The notes beneath the pieces were generated by a model. It was not told where the DNA came from. It was given only the letters and a program-made list of their open reading frames with translations, and did not search any database. 64,000 nucleotides of DNA from Acetatifactor sp. (GTDB lineage Bacteria; Bacillota; Clostridia; Lachnospirales; Lachnospiraceae): positions 10,024 through 74,023 of the forward strand of contig JAIDDH010000091.1 of assembly GCA_029055435.1 (NCBI GenBank), in the 5' to 3' direction. This document shows, in pieces, positions 1 to 8,494 of the stretch (the first letter of the stretch is position 1; every line of letters begins with the position of its first letter). A program made the translations under genes and the position numbers.

Positions 1-396
1 GCACCCGCGTCAGCTTCCACTTTGGAGCAGCATTTTATTGACTTTGGCAGTCAGCCGGATGATTACGATAAAATCATCACGGGCGATCTGGGCAGTGTGG
101 GACAGAGAGTTCTGATCGATCTGATGCGGGAGAGGGGGTATGATATCTCTTCCCGGCACATGGATTGCGGCATGGAAATCTTCGACGCCCAGTCGCAGGA
201 CACACATGCGGGGGGCAGCGGCTGCGGATGCAGTGCGGCGACGTTGTCTGCCTATATTCTGAAACAGTTGGAGGAGGGCAATTGGCGCAAGGTGCTGTTT
301 ATGCCCACGGGGGCGCTGCTCTCAAAGACCAGCTACAATGAGGGCAAGAGTGTGCCCGGCATCGCCCACGCGCTGGTGCTGGAGAGCTGTCTGTAA
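1..396 (+). CDS. spoVAD: Stage V sporulation protein AD (SpoVAD), C-terminal part; the 5' end lies upstream of the window
   Basis: The frame is open from nt 1. The translation ...GDLGSVGQRVLIDLMRERGYDIS...HAGGSGCGCSA...FMPTGALLS matches the thiolase-like SpoVAD C-terminus. Stop at 394-396. Confidence 0.85.
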   Translation, partial: APASASTLEQHFIDFGSQPDDYDKIITGDLGSVGQRVLIDLMRERGYDISSRHMDCGMEIFDAQSQDTHAGGSGCGCSAATLSAYILKQLEEGNWRKVLFMPTGALLSKTSYNEGKSVPGIAHALVLESCL

Positions 397-504
397 GGAA
401 TGGAGTTGCAATCTGCTTTGGATGCTGTTACAATATTTTCGGGGCTGAGTGAGCATTGAGGCCCGTGAAGCGATTGAGGCGGCGTGCGAGGAGATTGAGG
501 CAGT

Positions 505-747
505 ATGCGGAGAATAGAATTTAAGATGGAACGTCCGGGACTTTTGGAGGTAGGGCAGGAGGTTTCCGTGACGGAGGGCCTGCTTCCCAGCAATTATTAT
601 TATACTATCGATCCGGCGCTGGCCATGTCTGCAAACATTCCCTTTCCGAAGCGGCTGACAAGCAGGAAGGGCGTGGTCACAGACATCGTGGAGAATGACA
701 GGGGATTTTATGTCACGGCGGAGTTTGACGAGCCGGATGTAGAATAA
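505..747 (+). CDS. Hypothetical small protein (80 aa; alternative start at ATG 526)
   Basis: ORF-track ORF with coding-like composition between spoVAD and ridA. I recognise no motif. Confidence 0.45.
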   Translation: MRRIEFKMERPGLLEVGQEVSVTEGLLPSNYYYTIDPALAMSANIPFPKRLTSRKGVVTDIVENDRGFYVTAEFDEPDVE

Positions 748-776
748 GATGAAAATACAATAGGAGGACAAGTGTT

Positions 777-1151
777 ATGTTAAAGAAAATTGCAACAGAA
801 AAGGCACCCGCGGCAATCGGCCCTTATTCTCAGGGGATTATTACAGGAAACCTGTTATTTGCATCAGGTCAGATTGCAATAAATCCTGCAAACGGAGCCA
901 TCGAGGCCGAGGGAATCGTGGAGCAGACCGAACAGGTGATGAAGAACATCGGTGCGCTTCTGGAGGCGGCTGGAACCGACTATACCAGAGTGGTAAAGAC
1001 GACCTGTTTTCTGGCGGATATGAATGATTTTGCGACTTTCAATGAGATTTATGCCAAATATTTCACAGAGAAGCCTGCGCGCAGCTGTGTAGCGGTAAAG
1101 ACGCTGCCCAAGAATGTATTGTGCGAAGTTGAGGTAATTGCCGAGGTATAG
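777..1151 (+). CDS. ridA: RidA family protein (YjgF/UK114 enamine/imine deaminase)
   Basis: 124 aa. The sequence KAPAAIGPYSQG...TTCFLADMNDF...PARSCVAV...EVEVIA is typical of RidA. AGGAGG RBS upstream. Confidence 0.85.
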   Translation: MLKKIATEKAPAAIGPYSQGIITGNLLFASGQIAINPANGAIEAEGIVEQTEQVMKNIGALLEAAGTDYTRVVKTTCFLADMNDFATFNEIYAKYFTEKPARSCVAVKTLPKNVLCEVEVIAEV

Positions 1152-1155
1152 GCAT

Positions 1156-1656
1156 ATGGAAAAAACTTGCGTTATTTTAATTGGCATGCCCGGAGCAGGC
1201 AAGAGTACCGTCGGTGTGGTTCTTGCAAAGCGTCTGGGCATGCGCTTTGTGGATTCGGATTTGGTGATACAGGATAAATATGGAAAGCTTTTGCATGAGC
1301 TGATTGAGGAGCATGGTGTAGAAGGTTTTTTGAATTTAGAGAATGCGGTGAATGCAGAGCTCTCGCTGCAAAACGCTGTTATTGCCACCGGCGGCAGCGC
1401 AGTTTACGGGCGGGATGCCATGGAACATTTTGATCAGATAGGCAGGATAGTGTATCTTGCGCTGCCTTATGAAGAGATTGAGGAGCGTCTGGGGGATCTG
1501 AATGCCAGAGGCGTGACGCTCAAGCCGGGGCAGAGCCTGCAGGATCTGTATGAGGAGCGGACGCCGCTTTACGAAAAATATGCGCATAGAACGATATTTT
1601 GCCACGGGAAAGCGCTGAGGGAGATCGTGGCAGAAATCAGCGAGGCGCTGTCATGA
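1156..1656 (+). CDS. aroK: Shikimate kinase
   Basis: Walker A GMPGAGKST, then RFVDSDLVIQ and GGSAV motifs; size about 166 aa. I moved the start to ATG 1156 (MEKTCVILIG), which is in frame with track ORF 1138..1656. Confidence 0.85.
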   Translation: MEKTCVILIGMPGAGKSTVGVVLAKRLGMRFVDSDLVIQDKYGKLLHELIEEHGVEGFLNLENAVNAELSLQNAVIATGGSAVYGRDAMEHFDQIGRIVYLALPYEEIEERLGDLNARGVTLKPGQSLQDLYEERTPLYEKYAHRTIFCHGKALREIVAEISEALS

Positions 1657-1802
1657 CCGCAAAGTGGTATTAATCACGCAAAAACGCATAAATTCACTGT
1701 TTCCGGTCAATACTCTGTAGCAGAGAGAGGCGATCGGAGAGCGGTTGCTGTCCGGATACAGCGGGACAGTGGGGACTCTCTTAATAAAAAGGAGTGTGTC
1801 GG

Positions 1803-2159
1803 ATGGATTATGTAAATGCGTTCTGGGTGGGCGGTCTGATCTGTGTGGCCGTGCAGATTCTGATGGAGAAGACCAAGATGATGCCGGGGCGGATCATGGT
1901 GCTGTTGGTGGTGACGGGCGCAGTCATCAGCCTGTTTGGCTGGTACGAGCCCTTTCAGAAATTTGCCGGTGCGGGGGCCAGCGTTCCCCTGCTTGGCTTT
2001 GGAAATGTGTTGATGAAGGGTGTGAAGGAAGCCATTGCGGAACAGGGCTTTCTGGGCCTGTTCGCAGGCGGTTTCAAAGCCGGTGCGGTGGGCACCAGCG
2101 CGGCTCTGATTTTTGGCTACCTGGCCAGTCTGATTTTTAAACCGAAGATGAAACAGTGA
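1803..2159 (+). CDS. spoVAE: Stage V sporulation protein AE (SpoVAEB-type membrane protein)
   Basis: MDYVNAFWVGGLICVAVQILM...FAGAGASVPLLGFGN...IFKPK resembles B. subtilis SpoVAEB. GGAG lies 8 nt upstream of ATG 1803. Confidence 0.85.
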   Translation: MDYVNAFWVGGLICVAVQILMEKTKMMPGRIMVLLVVTGAVISLFGWYEPFQKFAGAGASVPLLGFGNVLMKGVKEAIAEQGFLGLFAGGFKAGAVGTSAALIFGYLASLIFKPKMKQ

Positions 2160-2172
2160 CAACAGGTACAAC

Positions 2173-2204
2173 GGGTATGAAAAGCTTTACAGCTTCTCAT
2201 ACCC
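2173..2204. terminator. Strong hairpin between the convergent spoVAE and the 2187..2687 gene (possible bidirectional terminator)
   Basis: GGGTATGAAAAGCT-TTAC-AGCTTCTCATACCC pairs at 13 of 14 positions. The stop codon of the minus-strand gene lies in the loop. The tails are only moderately U-rich on both strands. Confidence 0.4.
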
Positions 2205-2687
2205 GATTCCTTTGTCGTTTAGATAATGGCAGAGAGCACTGTCCCAAATAAGATCAGCCTCCCGGCTCATGACGAAGGTGTGATAGGAGACGCTGGTGGT
2301 GAGGACAGCTTTGCTGCCGTCGTAGCGGATATTGAGCACGAAGGCCTTGACCTGACTGAAGTCCTCACTGCTGTTGTTTTCAGCGAGCAGACGGCGCATG
2401 GTCTCAGGCTTTAGCTGCAATACAAATTTAAAATGCAGGGGCGTGTATTTCCCTTTAATCAGGTCGAAGCACAGACCCTTTATTTTGTTCCACGGACAGA
2501 AATCATAGGGGATATGCTCCGGGTCACGCTCGTCGGGCGGGAAAAAATCAGCATTCATATGTCCGTCTATGGTGTAGCTGTTGGCGGTACGGATGACGGC
2601 CTCCTCCAGCAGAAAACCGTCAAAAGCATCGCTTGAGAGCAATTGACTCATAAAATTTTTCATGGAAACAATCTCTAATGCCTGCAT
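2187..2687 (-). CDS. Hypothetical protein (166 aa)
   Basis: I placed the start at ATG 2687 (MQALEIVSMKNF...), which has a GGAGG RBS. The upstream part of track ORF 2187..3050 runs through an A-rich non-coding tract and was rejected. Confidence 0.6.
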   Translation of the reverse strand: MQALEIVSMKNFMSQLLSSDAFDGFLLEEAVIRTANSYTIDGHMNADFFPPDERDPEHIPYDFCPWNKIKGLCFDLIKGKYTPLHFKFVLQLKPETMRRLLAENNSSEDFSQVKAFVLNIRYDGSKAVLTTSVSYHTFVMSREADLIWDSALCHYLNDKGIGYEKL

Positions 2688-2923
2688 AAAAACCTCCAAT
2701 ACTTTGCCGGGAAGCCCGGCGAAGCGTAAATTCAGTATAGCGCAAATCCGGTAAAAAGAAAATAACAAACAAATTAAAAACAAATAAAAAAACAAAAGAA
2801 AAAGCAAAGAAAAAGAAAAGGTTTTCAAAAATATGAAAATTATGACAGGAAAAGCTTTACAGGCGTGGCACCTCGTGCTATTATAAGTGGTATCAAAAAC
2901 TATGTCGAAGGGTTTGGAAAAAC

Positions 2924-3757
2924 ATGAGTTACAAAATTGTGTTGGATAGTTGTGGGGAAATCCCCCGGGAATATCAGAATGATGCGAGATTTGAGTCTGT
3001 ACCTCTGGGTCTGGAGGTGGGAGACTATTGTATATTGGATGATGAAACATTTAATCAGGCGGAATTTTTGCAGAAGGTGGCGGAGTATCCCAAATGTCCC
3101 AAGTCCTCCTGTCCTTCTCCCGACAGGTATCTGTCGGCCTACACTTGTGACGCGGAGCGCGTTTATGTGGTGACTTTGTCCGCGCAGCTCAGCGGCAGTC
3201 ATAACAGCGCCTGTCTTGCAAGGAATCTTTATCTGGAGAAGTTTGGGGAAAAGCAGATTCATGTGGTGGATTCTCAGTCCGCAAGCTGCGGGGAGACTCA
3301 GATTGCCCTGAAAATAATGGAGCTTGAGGCGCAGGGGTTTCCTTTTGAGGAGATCGTAGAGCAAATCGAGCGGTTCCGCGATGAGATGTTCACTTATTTT
3401 GTGCTGGATAATCTGGAAACACTGCGCAAGAACGGGCGTCTGTCCCGCGCTAAGGCAGTGGTGGCGTCCACTTTGAGTATCAAGCCCATTATGGCCGGCG
3501 ACTGCGGCACGATTGTGCAGAAAGGGCAGGGTATCGGCATCAGGAAGGCTCTTGGCAAAATGGCTGAGATGGTGGCGCAGGTGCCCGATGCTGAGAAGAG
3601 GCGGCTGATGATCACCCACTGCAACGCGCCGGAGCGGGCGGAGCTGATCAAAAAACTGGTCATGGCGAAGGCGGCCTTCCGGGAGTGCATCATCATGGAT
3701 ACCCGAGGTGTCAGCAGCATGTATGCCAATGACGGCGGCGTGATTGTGACGGCATAA
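2924..3757 (+). CDS. DegV family fatty-acid-binding protein
   Basis: 277 aa. MSYKIVLDSCGE...TSCPSP..., ...VVDSQSAS.G and ...LDNLETLRKNGRLS motifs are typical of the DegV/DUF194 family. Confidence 0.85.
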   Translation: MSYKIVLDSCGEIPREYQNDARFESVPLGLEVGDYCILDDETFNQAEFLQKVAEYPKCPKSSCPSPDRYLSAYTCDAERVYVVTLSAQLSGSHNSACLARNLYLEKFGEKQIHVVDSQSASCGETQIALKIMELEAQGFPFEEIVEQIERFRDEMFTYFVLDNLETLRKNGRLSRAKAVVASTLSIKPIMAGDCGTIVQKGQGIGIRKALGKMAEMVAQVPDAEKRRLMITHCNAPERAELIKKLVMAKAAFRECIIMDTRGVSSMYANDGGVIVTA

Positions 3758-3763
3758 TCTGTT

Positions 3764-4039
3764 CTATTTTATCCGGACAGATATCAAATAAAATGCCAAC
3801 CCAAGCTGAAGAATGAGAATTGCGGGGATGCCGTATGCGAAGTACCAGTGTCTGGTCTTGTGATGAAAGGTATGCATGCCCAACAGAGCTCCCAGGCTTC
3901 CGCCCAGCAGAGCCGATAAAAAGAGCGTTTTCTCCGGGATGCGCCAGGCATGCCTGACGGCGCGCCGCTTGTCGATGCCCATCAGAGCAAAAGCAATCAG
4001 ATTGATTAAGATAATATACAGAATTATGTAGTTGTTCAT
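3764..4039 (-). CDS. DUF1294 domain membrane protein
   Basis: 91 aa. ...FALMGIDKRRA..HAWRIPEKTLF..ALLGGSLGALLGMH.FHHKTRH... is the DUF1294 signature. Confidence 0.8.
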   Translation of the reverse strand: MNNYIILYIILINLIAFALMGIDKRRAVRHAWRIPEKTLFLSALLGGSLGALLGMHTFHHKTRHWYFAYGIPAILILQLGLAFYLISVRIK

Positions 4040-4077
4040 ACAGTGTCTCCTGAGTGAGCTTCAAATTGAATTATGAA

Positions 4078-4122
4078 AAATCATAAAAATCCCCCGTCAA
4101 ACGATTATCGGCCTGACGGGGG
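4078..4122 (-). terminator. Rho-independent terminator of argG
   Basis: On the minus strand, CCCCCGTCA-N14-TGACGGGGG is followed by ATTTTTATGATTTTT. It sits immediately downstream of the argG stop. Confidence 0.6.
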
Positions 4123-4142
4123 AAATGCTTTTGGTTATAGGA

Positions 4143-5363
4143 TTAAAGATTCTCGCCCTGTTCCTGCATCTTCATTGCACGCACCTTGCAGGAGAGGCCA
4201 AACAGATTGATGAAGCCCTCTGCATCGTGGTGATCGTACAGATCGCCGGTGGTGAAGGAAGCGATGCTCTCATTGTAGAGAGAGTAGGGAGAGGTGGTGC
4301 CGGCCTTGATGATATTGCCCTTGTAGAGCTTGAATTTTACCTCGCCGGTCACATATTTCTGGGTCTCCTCGATGAATGCCTGCTCTGCCTGACGCAGCGG
4401 TGTAAACCATTTGCCCTCGTAAACCAGACTTGCGAAACGGCTGCCCATCTCTTTCTTCAGAGCGTAGGTGTCACGGTCCAGAATCAGTTCCTCAAGCTGC
4501 TGATGAGCCTCCATGAGAATAGTGCCGCCGGGAGTCTCATAGACGCCGCGGGACTTCATGCCCACCACGCGGTTCTCCACGATATCGATAATGCCGATGC
4601 CGTGTTTGCCGCCAAGTTCATTCAAGGTAGAGATGATGTCGGAAACCTTCATCTTTTTGCCGTTCACGGAAACGGGCACACCCTTTTCGAAGGTCATGGT
4701 CACATACTCGCCCTCCTCGGGAGCTTTCTCGGGAGTGACGCCCAGAACCAGCAGATGCTCAAAATTGGGCTCGTTGGCAGGATCCTCCAGCTCCAGACCC
4801 TCATGGCTGATGTGCCAGATGTTGCGGTCGCGGCTGTAGGAAGAGTCTGCGGAGAAGGGGAGATTGATGCCATGTGCCTGGCAGTATGCAATCTCGGACT
4901 CGCGGGAGTCCATGGTCCACTTGTCGTTTCTCCATGCAGCGATAATCTTGATATCGGGAGCCAGAGCCTTGATGCCCAGCTCGAAGCGGATCTGGTCGTT
5001 ACCCTTACCGGTAGCGCCGTGGCAGATTGCGGTAGCGCCTTCTTTTCTGGCGATCTCAACCAGCTTCTTGGCGATCAGGGGACGAGCCATGGAAGTGCCC
5101 AGCAGGTATTTATTCTCATAGATTGCATTTGCCTGCACGCAGGGAACGATGTACTCGTCGCAGAATTCATCGATCACATTCTCAATGTACAATTTGGAAG
5201 CGCCGCAGAACTTTGCTCTCTCTTCCAGACCGTCCAGCTCCTCCGCCTGTCCGCAGTCGATACAGACGCAGATCACTTCGTAGTCAAAATTCTCCTTCAG
5301 CCAAGGGATGATGGCGGTGGTGTCCAGTCCGCCGGAGTAAGCCAATACAACCTTTTCTTTCAT
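4143..5363 (-). CDS. argG: Argininosuccinate synthase
   Basis: MKEKVVLAYSGGLDTT... (PP-loop), ...ATGKGNDQIRFE..., ...GRENRVVGMKSRGVYETPGGT-like motifs. Start at ATG 5363 with a GGAGG RBS. The 54 extra N-terminal codons of the track ORF were rejected. Confidence 0.95.
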   Translation of the reverse strand: MKEKVVLAYSGGLDTTAIIPWLKENFDYEVICVCIDCGQAEELDGLEERAKFCGASKLYIENVIDEFCDEYIVPCVQANAIYENKYLLGTSMARPLIAKKLVEIARKEGATAICHGATGKGNDQIRFELGIKALAPDIKIIAAWRNDKWTMDSRESEIAYCQAHGINLPFSADSSYSRDRNIWHISHEGLELEDPANEPNFEHLLVLGVTPEKAPEEGEYVTMTFEKGVPVSVNGKKMKVSDIISTLNELGGKHGIGIIDIVENRVVGMKSRGVYETPGGTILMEAHQQLEELILDRDTYALKKEMGSRFASLVYEGKWFTPLRQAEQAFIEETQKYVTGEVKFKLYKGNIIKAGTTSPYSLYNESIASFTTGDLYDHHDAEGFINLFGLSCKVRAMKMQEQGENL

Positions 5364-5468
5364 AATTATATGCCTCCGTTTTGTCATATCGTATTCCATA
5401 GGAATCTGATGCTTACTATACAACATTCCCGGCGGAAAAGCAAGATTTGCCGCAAAACTTGTTGTTGT

Positions 5469-5700
5469 CGGGGGATTGTTTGTTGCAGTTCGGATTTTCG
5501 GAAGTTTCCGTCCGGGCAGGGGCATAGTTGGTATTCAGACACGCTTCCACAAGAGCAATAAATTGCTCCGTGAAAAACGTAACAGACGCTAAGCTCGTGA
5601 CCTCGCTAAGCGCTGACGTTTTTCAAGGGTCTTCATACCAACTATGCCCCTGCCCGGACTGCTTTACGAAAAAGCCCAACTATAACAAACAATCCCCCTG
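5469..5700. repeat. Palindromic intergenic repeat, copy A (core 5511..5659 plus extended imperfect inverted flanks)
   Basis: The left arm TCCGGGCAGGGGCATAGTTGGTATTCAGAC is the reverse complement of the right arm GTCTTCATACCAACTATGCCCCTGCCCGGA (imperfect). There is an inner hairpin GAAAAACGT..ACGTTTTTC. The outer flanks GGGGGATTGTTTGTT / AACAAACAATCCCCC also pair. Nearly identical to copy B. Confidence 0.75.
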
Positions 5701-5772
5701 TTCAGGCAGTTATCAGACCGGGCGGTAGCAAGCAGACTGTATCGGGGCAGGGATAGATTTGTGATTGTGTTG

Positions 5773-6642
5773 CTATGATTGTGTGATATAGAGGTAGGCG
5801 TCCTCCAGGCTGGGGGTCTGGGGCTGGCAGGGGATGTCGGGTTTGTCTCTGGATATCAGTTTTAGGCCTATGCCGTCTTCCACATATTGTTTGCCGGAGA
5901 TGTGATATCGCTGTTCGAGCTGTCTTGCCTGTGTCTCATCCTTTGCTGTGCAGGTCCAGACATGTCCCTCGGCCATTTGTAAAAGCTGCTGTACTGTGCC
6001 GTGGTAGGGGAAGCGCCCTTTTTGCATGATGGCGAGGCGGCTGCAGGTGACGGCAAGGTCCTCTGTCACATGTGTGGAGAAAAGTACCGTGCGGTTCTCG
6101 GAAAAATCCACCAGCAGATTGCGGATTCGGATTCGTTCCTCCGGGTCGAGTCCGGTGGTGGGTTCGTCCACGATCAGAAATTCCGGTTCGTTTAAGAGCG
6201 CCTGAATCAATCCCACCCGACGTTTCATGCCTCCGGACAACTGGCGGATTTTTTTCTTCCGCTGATTTGTCAGACTGGTCCGCTCCAGATAGTAATCGAT
6301 ACGTTTGCGGCAGTCTGTTCGGGGAATGCCCTCCAGTCCGCCCAGGTATTCCAGACATTCCTGTACGGACAAATTGGGATATAGGCTGCACTCCTGTGGG
6401 AGATAACCGATTTTTTGCTGGATTTTCTCATAATTGCTCTCCTGACAGGGGATTCCGTTGATGGTGACGGTTCCTGCCGTGGGCCTGAGTATCGTGGTCA
6501 GGACACGCATCAGCGTAGTCTTTCCCGCGCCGTTTTCCCCCAACAGACCATAGATTCCCGTGGGGATTTCCAGATTGACCTGATCCACGGCTGTGACGCC
6601 GTTTTTAAATGTTACAGACAGATTCTTTAATTCTATGCTCAT
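5773..6642 (-). CDS. ABC transporter ATP-binding protein
   Basis: Walker A GENGAGKTT, signature LSGGMKRR, Walker B FLIVDEPTTGLD. I chose the start at ATG 6642 (MSIELKNLSV) because of its GGAGAA RBS. The track ORF allows a start up to 6666. Confidence 0.85.
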   Translation of the reverse strand: MSIELKNLSVTFKNGVTAVDQVNLEIPTGIYGLLGENGAGKTTLMRVLTTILRPTAGTVTINGIPCQESNYEKIQQKIGYLPQECSLYPNLSVQECLEYLGGLEGIPRTDCRKRIDYYLERTSLTNQRKKKIRQLSGGMKRRVGLIQALLNEPEFLIVDEPTTGLDPEERIRIRNLLVDFSENRTVLFSTHVTEDLAVTCSRLAIMQKGRFPYHGTVQQLLQMAEGHVWTCTAKDETQARQLEQRYHISGKQYVEDGIGLKLISRDKPDIPCQPQTPSLEDAYLYITQS

Positions 6643-6684
6643 AATGTTCTCCATGCCTTTCTGCAAGCTATGAATGCTTACTGA

Positions 6685-7368
6685 TTATAAATGTTTGTAT
6701 ATTTTGGGCTGCGGCTGGATGAGGGCCATGAGGAGCGCCAGCGCCAGTGCAAGCCCCTTGCCCCAGAGCCATCCCATATCCGCCGGATTGTGGGTATCGC
6801 GGAAGACAAATGCAAAGACATTCAGGTTTCCCAATATCCTTTCGCCGATGGTGGAATTGGCAAACAGCCATAATGTCACGGCAATTCCGATACCGGCCCA
6901 TGTGTTTTTGCACAGATTGGAAAAGGTGAAAGCCAATGTGCCCCAAAATAGGATAGATATCAGAACCGCTCCAAGAAACAGAAAAAATAATGTTGTTCCC
7001 GATACCGTGCCTGTGTTTCCCGGGTGCTGCAGGAAAAAGCAGGCATATCCCAGCGCGGATAATATCCACAGGTAGAGGCACTGTACGGCAATTCTGATAA
7101 GCAGTGTCCTTCGTCTGATTTTCTCGGGGCAGCGCCCGAATATCTCCCATCTTTTGCCGCTATGCTCTGCCTGCAGGGCATCCGCGCAGAAGACGATTGC
7201 GAGAATCGCCATGTATGCGTCCAGTGCAATCCCGATTTCGTCCACATCGGAGATGCCGCGGACGACACTGAAGAGAAAGATAAAGCAGAGAGAATAGATG
7301 ATTTTGTAAGTGGGAAGACATATTTTTGCTTCATATTTGAGAATCAATATACCCGCCTCCTTCGCCAT
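6685..7368 (-). CDS. Multi-pass membrane protein, probable accessory permease of the adjacent ABC-2 system
   Basis: Hydrophobic 227-aa ORF (MAKEAGILILKYEAKI...). It overlaps the end of the upstream permease gene by 25 nt. No specific family recognised. Confidence 0.55.
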   Translation of the reverse strand: MAKEAGILILKYEAKICLPTYKIIYSLCFIFLFSVVRGISDVDEIGIALDAYMAILAIVFCADALQAEHSGKRWEIFGRCPEKIRRRTLLIRIAVQCLYLWILSALGYACFFLQHPGNTGTVSGTTLFFLFLGAVLISILFWGTLAFTFSNLCKNTWAGIGIAVTLWLFANSTIGERILGNLNVFAFVFRDTHNPADMGWLWGKGLALALALLMALIQPQPKIYKHL

Positions 7369-8423
7369 ATCCGGATGGACACGCCTATGATACCCGCCGA
7401 CGCCGCAATCAGAAATAACTGGTTCCACAGGACAAGGGGCGGGGGAGCGGTGTCCAGAAATCTTCCCGGAAAGCGCACCATGATAGCCAGCGGTCTGCCG
7501 TAATATCCGTATCTTCCGTCCGGTCCGAGGCTTCCCATGTTGGAGTATACCTGATAGAGAAACAGCAGCGGCACGGCGGGATAGGGGCTCTTGAACAGCA
7601 GGGAGATTATGGTGTAAAAACAGACAATCATCAGAAGATTGGGCACGATATACAGGAGCGAGGCTGCCGGAAAATCCAGAAAGTTCACGGGAAGTCCGTT
7701 TTTATTCCCGACAAGGATGCCTGTAACTCCAAAGATGAGATTAAGAATACCCAATGCTGCAAGCATGGACAGAAAGCCGCCCATGACTTTGCCAAGGATA
7801 TAGGCGGAGGGTGATACCGGTTTTGTGTGCAGCAGCTCCCAGGTATCTCTCCCGGTGTCTCGGATATACAGAAATGCCAGCAGGACGACGGCAAAGAAGC
7901 CCATGAACAGTCCGCCGAAATCTGCAAATTTTCTGGCGAGATAGTAGGAGTAGGGATGCTCACTCATTTTCTCCGAGATATACGCGTTTACCTCCTCCGC
8001 GGAACCTCTGTGCAGCTCGTTCAGGTCCATCAGATAACGCGCACTACTATAACAAAAAGGGGAATGCTCCGCCAGCCAGTCCTCCAGCTCGGGTACCGAG
8101 GGCTCCATCTCCTCCAACTCCGCAAGCATTCTGTCTGTCTCCTCCTGGGAATAGCCGAATTCTTCTGTGAATAACAGACCGATTTGCCTATAGGTGTCGG
8201 CCATCTGCCGCTCTTTGCTAGAAGGGATATAGCCGTTCATGACATCTGCATCGCCCAGACTTTCCACAGGCAGTTCGGCAAATTCCGTGCCCGGCTGAAA
8301 ATAATGCAGATCAAGATAGGGAAACAGCATCTGACTGAGAAAGCATATTATTACAATCAGACCTGCCCACCACAAAGGGTTTCTGAGATAGTTTCTGAAT
8401 TCTCTTTTTGTGATCGTCCACAT
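7344..8423 (-). CDS. ABC-2 type transporter permease with a large extracytoplasmic loop
   Basis: 359 aa. MWTITKREFRNYLRNPLWW.. is a typical ABC-2 N-terminus, followed by a roughly 150-aa soluble loop and then 5 predicted TM segments. Confidence 0.7.
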   Translation of the reverse strand: MWTITKREFRNYLRNPLWWAGLIVIICFLSQMLFPYLDLHYFQPGTEFAELPVESLGDADVMNGYIPSSKERQMADTYRQIGLLFTEEFGYSQEETDRMLAELEEMEPSVPELEDWLAEHSPFCYSSARYLMDLNELHRGSAEEVNAYISEKMSEHPYSYYLARKFADFGGLFMGFFAVVLLAFLYIRDTGRDTWELLHTKPVSPSAYILGKVMGGFLSMLAALGILNLIFGVTGILVGNKNGLPVNFLDFPAASLLYIVPNLLMIVCFYTIISLLFKSPYPAVPLLFLYQVYSNMGSLGPDGRYGYYGRPLAIMVRFPGRFLDTAPPPLVLWNQLFLIAASAGIIGVSIRIWRRRRVY

Positions 8424-8494
8424 GTGTGCGTCCTCCTTTTCGGTTCTGCCAACATGATAAAAGACAAATCACAATAAAAAAACAACGATAAAAA

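Noticed and set aside
5364-5525. N-terminal 54 codons of track ORF 4143..5525 (argG extension), and similarly 2688..3050 for ORF 2187..3050
   Set aside because: ArgG homologues start at MKEKVVLAYSGG, and that ATG has a GGAGG RBS. The extension enters repeat copy A. The 2688..3050 extension translates the poly-A tract as poly-F/L and overlaps the degV start.
4125-5561. A 478-aa ORF on the plus strand, antisense to argG. Similar long antisense ORFs occur at 45798..47681, 23058..24170, 21794..22852, 56800..58035, 42963..44045, 55090..55959, 40254..41207 and 25299..26534.
   Set aside because: Each lies fully opposite a gene with unmistakable family motifs. The translations are low-complexity (rich in L, H, R, Q) with no recognisable domains or RBS. 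Long antisense ORFs are expected in GC-rich coding DNA with a codon-position bias.
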